The translations under genes and the position numbers were made by a program. The notes under the pieces are model-generated. The model searched no databases. It had not been told where the DNA came from and saw only the letters and a program-made list of their open reading frames with translations. This document shows positions 57,933-64,000 of a DNA stretch of 64,000 nt, piece by piece. Source of the stretch: a virus; IMG/VR virus record IMGVR_UViG_3300033233_000015, positions 1-64,000 of that record; one strand, given 5' to 3'. Every line of letters begins with the position of its first letter. Within the stretch, counting starts at the first letter, position 1.

Positions 57933-57957
57933 CGAGCGAGCGACTCACGCTTAGGCT
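57929..57957 (+). promoter_or_regulatory. Sigma70-type promoter for a leaderless mRNA
   Basis: TTGACG-N17-TAGGCT-N6-GTG. Confidence 0.75.
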
Positions 57958-57963
57958 ACTTCC

Positions 57964-58152
57964 GTGATCCCGAAGCTCACCGAGGTTTTCCACTTCAAGG
58001 CCACTCCCGAGCAGGCTCGCGCGATCAAGAGGATGGCCAAAGCCCGACGCATGCATGTCGGAGCGTGGCTCCGATCGGTCGTCGTCGCTGCGTCTGCTCC
58101 TCTCTCAAGCAACGGGTCGATGAATCTCGACACGCCGAGGCTACCGAAATGA
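57964..58152 (+). CDS. Ribbon-helix-helix protein
   Basis: VFHFKATPEQARAIKRMAKARRMHVGAWLRSVV. Confidence 0.65.
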   Translation: MIPKLTEVFHFKATPEQARAIKRMAKARRMHVGAWLRSVVVAASAPLSSNGSMNLDTPRLPK

Positions 58153-58631
58153 GCTCGCCCCAGGATCAGATTCTCGGCTTCCAGCCGGAATCCAAGGTTT
58201 CGATCGACGCCCGGCATTGGGAGTCTCTCAAGCGCATCGTGTGGCGCATGAAGACGTCGTGGGGCTTCGTCGAGAGCGAGTGCCGCGACCTCATCGCTTC
58301 GTGCCAGCACGCTGAGGGATGTTTGGGAGCCGACGACATTCGAGAGCCGTGCCTGTCGTCGTGTCCCGACAGGCAGACCCGCCTCTCGGCGCTCGTCATC
58401 TACGCCAACGCGCGCGAGTTCATCTCCGTGAACGCGCCCAAGCCCACCTCGATCGAGGGCGGCGGATACATCCCGCCGACGCGTGAGTTCTTCGATCTCG
58501 TTCTGAGCGAGCTCGTCGTCGCGCACGCCGAGCTCGACGACATGAAGAAGTTGATTCAGGAATCGGGCGCGACTCTTCCGCCCACCGTCAGTCCGCCCGT
58601 CCTCCCCCCAAAATCGGAGCCTCAACCGTGA
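58149..58631 (+). CDS. Hypothetical protein
   Basis: Coupled ORF. Confidence 0.55.
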   Translation: MSSPQDQILGFQPESKVSIDARHWESLKRIVWRMKTSWGFVESECRDLIASCQHAEGCLGADDIREPCLSSCPDRQTRLSALVIYANAREFISVNAPKPTSIEGGGYIPPTREFFDLVLSELVVAHAELDDMKKLIQESGATLPPTVSPPVLPPKSEPQP

Positions 58632-58984
58632 ACATCGAGCTCGATCCGCAAGCCAACATCATCATCGCCCGCCTCATCGACATGCAGCGCACCGAGAGCG
58701 GCATCATCATGCCCGACACGCAGATCAAGGGCGTCACCGTCTTCGCGCTCGTCGAGCGAATCGGTCCCGACGTCAAGCGATGCAAGCCCGGCGATGTCAT
58801 CCTTCCTCGAGCGGTGGAGCACTGCTGGCTTCGGGGTGGTACATTCCATCGCGCGCTCATTCAGGACGAGCACGTCGTCGCGATCGTCAAGAACGGCTTC
58901 AACCGCGAGCACATGAAGTTCGTGGACGAGCGCATCGCGGCGGGCGACGACGGCGGTGGTAAAGAAAAGAGGCTGGTCACGTGA
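58628..58984 (+). CDS. GroES/Cpn10-like co-chaperonin
   Basis: L.P....I, TESGIIMPD mobile loop, V..IGP.V...KPGD.I, LI.DEHVVAIV. Confidence 0.75.
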   Translation: MNIELDPQANIIIARLIDMQRTESGIIMPDTQIKGVTVFALVERIGPDVKRCKPGDVILPRAVEHCWLRGGTFHRALIQDEHVVAIVKNGFNREHMKFVDERIAAGDDGGGKEKRLVT

Positions 58985-60123
58985 AACTCGAAGCGGTGTA
59001 CGAACGTCGCAGAGAAGTTCGCCGGCCACGCCGCGCAGCGTCGCCGTGCGGATGTGGATGCGCAGCGTCACCGCGAGGAGTCGTTCCGCCGCCAGCGCCG
59101 CGCGCGCGCGAGGTCCGACGAGAGGTTCGCGATTTCGGTTCGATGCTCGACGCGCTCGAGGCTGCGAAGGCTCAGGGCGCGACACATGCGCTGCAGAGCG
59201 GATACGCCGTCTACTTCCCGATCTCCGCTGCGGCGGGGTACGACCACTGCGCCATCTATCAGAGACTCGGCAAGTGGCACATCGAAGCGCCAGGCAAGAA
59301 GAGCAGAGGTCCGCTTCCCACGCTTGCGGTCCCGATCGGTGATCTGATCTTCTCTCTTCAAGGGCGCGGCGCGAGAGAGGCCGATCCGCCAGGCGGTCCA
59401 GTTCTGCGAGTCGGATCGACCATCGTTCTGCCCGCTGGACATCGCGTCGGTATGGGTCGTCTTCGCAAGGACACGACGGTTCGGATCGATCGAATCGAGA
59501 ACGACTCCGAGGGAGCCCCGATCTACGGGTTCTCTTGGATGGATGAGAGAGGCAAGGCCCGAAGCGGGTGGCTCTCGCAGAGCGAAGCGCTTCAATACGT
59601 TCGACGTGGCGGTTTCTCTCACGAGTCACCCTCGCGCGAGATCGAGTCGGAGTGCCGTCCGTACCTGAAGATCGAGCGCGACGAGAAGCGTTTCCGTGCG
59701 TGCCAAGCGATCGCCGATCGCATCGGGCCAATCGACTCGACCGAGAAGTCGTACGAGGTGCTTCGGCAGGCGGTTGGTCACGAACTCGCCGAGCGGTTCG
59801 GTGTGATGACGATGGACACGCACTTGAAGCTCCGCGACATCGCCGAGACCGGGGCAGGCGAGACGGACGCCGTGATGGCGCCGAAGGTGCCGACGCTTCA
59901 GGCCGCTCTCCTCTCGTCGCCGACGTACGCGATCATCTATCACGTGCATCCCGCCGCGAGCGAGAGGCCGAGCGATGCGGATGTCGAAGTGACCAAGGAC
60001 TTCGCGAAAGCGTTCGCGGAGGTCGGTGTGCCGCTACTCGATCACATCATCATCTCGACGGGATCGAAGAAGGGGCACTACTCGTTCGCCGAGTCGAAAC
60101 CGAAGACGCTTCAAGTGGAGTGA
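58981..60123 (+). CDS. Modular protein with C-terminal RadC/JAB domain
   Basis: E.F.V, HVHP.....PSDAD, LLDHIII. Confidence 0.8.
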   Translation: MKLEAVYERRREVRRPRRAASPCGCGCAASPRGVVPPPAPRAREVRREVRDFGSMLDALEAAKAQGATHALQSGYAVYFPISAAAGYDHCAIYQRLGKWHIEAPGKKSRGPLPTLAVPIGDLIFSLQGRGAREADPPGGPVLRVGSTIVLPAGHRVGMGRLRKDTTVRIDRIENDSEGAPIYGFSWMDERGKARSGWLSQSEALQYVRRGGFSHESPSREIESECRPYLKIERDEKRFRACQAIADRIGPIDSTEKSYEVLRQAVGHELAERFGVMTMDTHLKLRDIAETGAGETDAVMAPKVPTLQAALLSSPTYAIIYHVHPAASERPSDADVEVTKDFAKAFAEVGVPLLDHIIISTGSKKGHYSFAESKPKTLQVE

Positions 60124-60126
60124 TCG

Positions 60127-60911
60127 ATGTCGAACCAACAGCAGCAGCAGACCAAGACGCTCGAGATTCCGAAGGCCGAGTATCCGATCGTCAACAGGGT
60201 TATCACCGATCATCCGTTTCCGACGGAACCCGTACAGGGAGTGCCCGTCGATCCTCATCGCCCGGCAGCGCTGATCTGGAATCTAGGGTCACCGCATCCG
60301 ATCGTGAACAACCTCAAGATCGTGCGCATGTACGTGGTGCCCGGAATCAGTGCAGAGATTTACAGCGCGAGCGAGGACGGGAAAATGGGCGTGCGCAACG
60401 CGATCCCGTGGCCGCAAATTCGCGTCGTAGAAGAGGTGTGCGACGCCGAGTCGTTCGTCGCGGAGATTGTCGCGGCCGAGCGGGACGACGACGACGACGA
60501 CGATCCCGATCCCGAGCCTGCGCCCACTCCGCTCGTGGCTCTTCAACCAATGCCGAACGGTGGAGTTTCCTGATGCCTCCCACGACCGCGACGCTCGTCT
60601 ATAGAGTGACGCCGACGAACGTCCTTCCGACCGCGACGATGCAGGCGAAGATGGCGGCAGTTCCGCTCTACGCAAGCGCGCTGACCGACCCGGTGCTCAA
60701 GACGCTGTTCGACTGCACGGTGGCATCCGATGCGACCGCGCCCGCAGGACCGAACATCGATCGCACCATCGTGCTCAACTTGGGCGCGGGGTTCTTCTCT
60801 CTCTTCCCGACCGCTGCCGATTGGGCAACGGCGTTCAACGATCTCTTCGGCAGAACGCTCGCTCTTCTTCTTCCGGCGCAGGTGAAGAGCCTTCCGGTGG
60901 TGTTCGCATGA
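60127..60911 (+). CDS. Two hypothetical genes (60127-60573, 60573-60911)
   Basis: Coupled ORFs. Confidence 0.55.
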
Positions 60912-62344
60912 GCGGTGACGGCAGACGTGACGGCAGACGACACCGCGGCGTGGCCGCTCCTCCCGAGCACGAAATCGTCGACGAACTCTCCGAAGAGATC
61001 GAGGACAACGGAGAGACGCGCGCGGTCGCAAACGAGGAGACCGTCAAGCGCGAAGGTGCGCTCAACGCGGAAGCGGTGCAAAGCAACCGCCGGCGGAAGT
61101 CCATCGAGAACAAGAAGAGGGGTGGTGCCGGGACAGTTCCCTGGAACGAGTCTCGAGCGCCGCTTCTCTACGACGACATCATCGCGCTCTACCCGCCGAA
61201 CACGTTGATGATCTACGTCGAGCGTCTCTCGGGCACGCTCGCGAGCTGGTACTTGTACGGACAGCCGAAGAGCGGTCACGAGCTCTATCAGGCGATCCTC
61301 AAGCAGTGTCACGGGCGAAAAGAGGAGACCGAGTACCGCGTCGTCTTCCGCGATGCGCAGCGGAAGTTCGAACGAGGCATCGGTCGGCTCACGCTTCCGT
61401 CGACGCTCGACGACGCTACGCTCCCCGTGCAGCCTCAGGGAATGGGGATGCCGAACGGCGTGCCGCCCGCGAACTACGGGCAGCAAAACGGCTACGGTCA
61501 GCCGAACGGATATCCGCCGCAACAGCCGCCGCAGAACAACGGCTACCCGCAACAGCAGCAGCCTCCGCCGCAGAACTATCCGCAGCAAGCACCGCAGTTC
61601 GCGCAGCAACCGATGCAGCCGATGCAGCCGCAGTACGCGGGTCACTCACCGCAGGAGACGCAGGTGCTCCTCGACATGCAGCGGCAGATCGCCGAGATGA
61701 GCGGGCGAGTGACCGCGTACCTGACGCAGCAACCGATGCAGACGCCGCCTCAGCAAGATCAGCATCGACCGATCTACGATCGGCCGTCGCCGCGCTACAA
61801 CGGAAGCGTCGTACCGCCCGCTCCTCAGCCTCCGCCGCAACAGGCCATGCAGCCTCCGCCGGGGATGTACCACGTCCCCGGATTCGGCTTCGTCCCCACC
61901 GCGAAGCTCATGGAAGCGATGGGAGTCGTCGGGCCTCAGCAGCAGCAGGCTCCAGCAGCTCCTCCGCAGCCCCCGAGGAACGCTGCCGACGAGTTCCGAA
62001 GCGCGATCGGTCTCATGACCACGGTCGCCGATGCCGCGCGCACCGTGCAGTCGATTTTCCCTAGCGCAGCAAGCGCGCCCGCGGCGCCGGCCGCTAGAGA
62101 AGACGACGATCTGCCGATGAAGACGATCAAGTACGGCGACTTCAACACGGTCGTGAACAAGGAAGACGGCAGCCTGCGGATTCCAGACACGATCGCCGCG
62201 AACGGCGAGAAGATCCTCGGTTGGATCGAGAAGCAGCGCAAAGACATCCAAGCCCAACGCCAGCAACCTCAGTCGATACCCGAGCAACCGCCTCAGAACG
62301 GCATGATGCCGATGCCGCAGTATCCCGGAGAACAGCAGCGATGA
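60908..62344 (+). CDS. Gln/Pro-rich low-complexity protein
   Basis: Globular N-terminal part followed by a long QP/NGY-rich region. Confidence 0.7.
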   Translation: MSGDGRRDGRRHRGVAAPPEHEIVDELSEEIEDNGETRAVANEETVKREGALNAEAVQSNRRRKSIENKKRGGAGTVPWNESRAPLLYDDIIALYPPNTLMIYVERLSGTLASWYLYGQPKSGHELYQAILKQCHGRKEETEYRVVFRDAQRKFERGIGRLTLPSTLDDATLPVQPQGMGMPNGVPPANYGQQNGYGQPNGYPPQQPPQNNGYPQQQQPPPQNYPQQAPQFAQQPMQPMQPQYAGHSPQETQVLLDMQRQIAEMSGRVTAYLTQQPMQTPPQQDQHRPIYDRPSPRYNGSVVPPAPQPPPQQAMQPPPGMYHVPGFGFVPTAKLMEAMGVVGPQQQQAPAAPPQPPRNAADEFRSAIGLMTTVADAARTVQSIFPSAASAPAAPAAREDDDLPMKTIKYGDFNTVVNKEDGSLRIPDTIAANGEKILGWIEKQRKDIQAQRQQPQSIPEQPPQNGMMPMPQYPGEQQR

Positions 62345-62796
62345 AGGCGAACGTCACGATCGAATTTACCGACGAGGAGTTGAAGGACTACGGGTGGGGT
62401 CTTCTCGTCCGCGGGATCCAGTCTCTCGGCAAGATCAAGGTGTTCGACGATCCGCAGTCGGTGAGCATGATCCAAGGCATGATCAACCAGCTCATCAACG
62501 GTGCGAACGCCGCGAGATCGGGTACGCGCGTCCCGCCCGCGTGGGGTCCTCAGCCACCGATCGGATACGGACCGATGCCCACGCAACAAGCGCGCGTCGT
62601 TCCGATTCAACCGCAGATCGTTCACGACAAGTGCTTCGTGATCGAGGAGACGCGTGCGAACGAAGCAGGAATCGGGTGTCACGTCTGCGCGTCGTTCAAC
62701 GCTGCGGGACGAACCGTGTGTCGTCACTGCGGTCACGAGCTCTGCTGCGATATCCCCGGTCCCGTGATCACTCCGCCACCGAAAACACAAATGTGA
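62341..62796 (+). CDS. Hypothetical protein with C-terminal Zn ribbon
   Basis: CHVC...N....VCRHCG. Confidence 0.6.
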   Translation: MKANVTIEFTDEELKDYGWGLLVRGIQSLGKIKVFDDPQSVSMIQGMINQLINGANAARSGTRVPPAWGPQPPIGYGPMPTQQARVVPIQPQIVHDKCFVIEETRANEAGIGCHVCASFNAAGRTVCRHCGHELCCDIPGPVITPPPKTQM

Positions 62797-62827
62797 CGAC
62801 CGCGCGCGCATCGCGTACGATGCGCTC

Positions 62828-63385
62828 ATGCGGGTCTACAACGTGCAGCCCGGCGACAGCCCGGCGTCGATCGCAATTTCGTACGCTGGATGCCCAAAAT
62901 GTTCGATCGATCTCGTCTCCGTGAATCCGCACAAGCCGACCGTTCGCTATCCGAACGGCTACGTGACGTTCAAGGATCTGCGCGCGGGTGAGCGGCTCTG
63001 GCTCCCCGACAAGTGGTTCAGCGGCGCGCTCGATGATTTGCCGAGCGAATATTTCGCATCGCTGCCGAGCGCCGACGGATTTCTGGCCGATCCACGGCCG
63101 AACCTGCCGCCGCCGCAAAAGGGGCCGTCCGGTCCTCCGGACTATCCGAAACCTCCTCCTCTGATCATCTCGCCCGTGGCACCGTATCGGCCGCCGCCCT
63201 TGGCGCCGGTGCCCGATCCGTCCAAGCAGAAGCCGCCGAACGCTGGTGGCGGAGGATCGGCGGGCGGCGGAACCCCAGGAGAGACGACGCCGTCGGAGTC
63301 GGGCATGAGCACCGGAGCGAAGGTCGCCATCGGATTCGCAGTCGCCGCAGCAGGAGGGTTCGCACTATGGACTTTGGCGAAGTAA
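62828..63385 (+). CDS. LysM-like CPKC domain, Pro-rich linker, C-terminal TM
   Basis: Third copy of the domain; GTGACG-N17-TACGAT-N6-ATG. Confidence 0.75.
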   Translation: MRVYNVQPGDSPASIAISYAGCPKCSIDLVSVNPHKPTVRYPNGYVTFKDLRAGERLWLPDKWFSGALDDLPSEYFASLPSADGFLADPRPNLPPPQKGPSGPPDYPKPPPLIISPVAPYRPPPLAPVPDPSKQKPPNAGGGGSAGGGTPGETTPSESGMSTGAKVAIGFAVAAAGGFALWTLAK

Positions 63386-63585
63386 GCATCCACGGTCGTT
63401 CGGTCGCCGAGCTCGGAATGCTCGGTGCTGACGTCAACGTCACGAACTGCCCCGCCTGCTCGTGCAGCGGGTATTTTTGGGCGGGCATGTTCCTCGGAGC
63501 GGGCACGCTCTACATCACGACCGCAGTGCTCGGCGCTGCTGCGATCTTCGGATCGACGGTCGCGTACAAGCGGATGAATCCGTGA
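63367..63585 (+). CDS. Small membrane protein with GRxV...LG leader
   Basis: MDFGEVSIHGRSVAELGMLG; TM; ends in NP. Confidence 0.65.
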   Translation: MDFGEVSIHGRSVAELGMLGADVNVTNCPACSCSGYFWAGMFLGAGTLYITTAVLGAAAIFGSTVAYKRMNP

Positions 63586-63592
63586 GCTCGTG

Positions 63593-64000
63593 ATGGACTT
63601 CGGGAGCGAACTCTCTTTCGGTGGTCGTTCCGTCGAAGGATTCGGGCTCGGCACGTTTCTTCGCCAGCCGTCCGTCGAGGATCTTCGCAACCTCATCAAC
63701 GCCAAAGACTACGAGCTGAATCAAATCTACAAGCACTACATGGCCTTCTGGCAGATGTGGGAGACCGTAGATTTGCCGGCCAAGCTCGATTGGGCCAACG
63801 ACTGGAACGCGCTTCTCGCAAGATACAAGAAGGCAAAGGAGACCGCGCAGTGGGCGTTCGACAAGGCGGCGGGGCAGCCGTGGCCGGACTCGGTCATCCT
63901 GGCTCCCGACGAATGGAACACCGTGCTTCGAGCGCTGAGAAAAAATTGGGACGGCAAGACGGGGGGTACGCTGGAGAAGGGTGATGAGGCCGATCTCGAA
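63593..64000 (+). CDS. Protein with GRxV...GLG leader; runs off the window edge
   Basis: Manual translation MDFGSELSFGGRSVEGFGLGTFLRQPSVEDLRNLINAK..., open to position 64000. Confidence 0.7.
   Translation, partial: MDFGSELSFGGRSVEGFGLGTFLRQPSVEDLRNLINAKDYELNQIYKHYMAFWQMWETVDLPAKLDWANDWNALLARYKKAKETAQWAFDKAAGQPWPDSVILAPDEWNTVLRALRKNWDGKTGGTLEKGDEADLE

Overview
High-GC, gene-dense segment of a large bacterial virus or virus-like element. I found no rRNA, tRNA, CRISPR array or housekeeping operon. No recognisable capsid, terminase, portal, polymerase or integrase gene lies in the window, so the type of element is inferred. There are three blocks. (1) 1-19.1 kb: membrane-anchored and modular proteins (M23-like, M15, SGNH, LysM-like, GHKL-HExxH, ART-like, YodL-like), many built from unrelated modules joined at a recurring x-(R/K/E/P/Q)-N-P linker. 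A conserved ~20-nt motif sits upstream of four genes. (2) 19.1-55.4 kb: two arms diverge from a bidirectional promoter at ~32.8 kb. The left arm has an intein-containing Dda/RecD-like helicase, SF2 helicase, VRR-NUC, Rnl5-type RNA ligase and HNH/EndoVII nucleases. The right arm has a DEDDh exonuclease, a circularly permuted Cas4/RecB-like nuclease, Sak4, SSB-like protein and a ~220-nt candidate structured RNA. It also has a DNA-modification cluster: an amino-MTase whose intein carries an out-of-frame HNH gene, Mom-like, QueC, TGT-fold protein, a two-frame C5-MTase with a frameshift, ParB-like and PAPS-reductase-like. (3) 55.4-64 kb: more membrane proteins, three sharing an N-terminal F-x5/6-GR(S/R)V...LG leader, plus a GroES-like protein and a RadC/JAB modular protein. 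The best candidate for a new system is the set of short peptide signals (NP linkers, GRxV...GLG leaders) punctuating interchangeable protein modules, probably for processing or sorting of virion or injected proteins. All family calls come from motif recognition by eye, not database searches.
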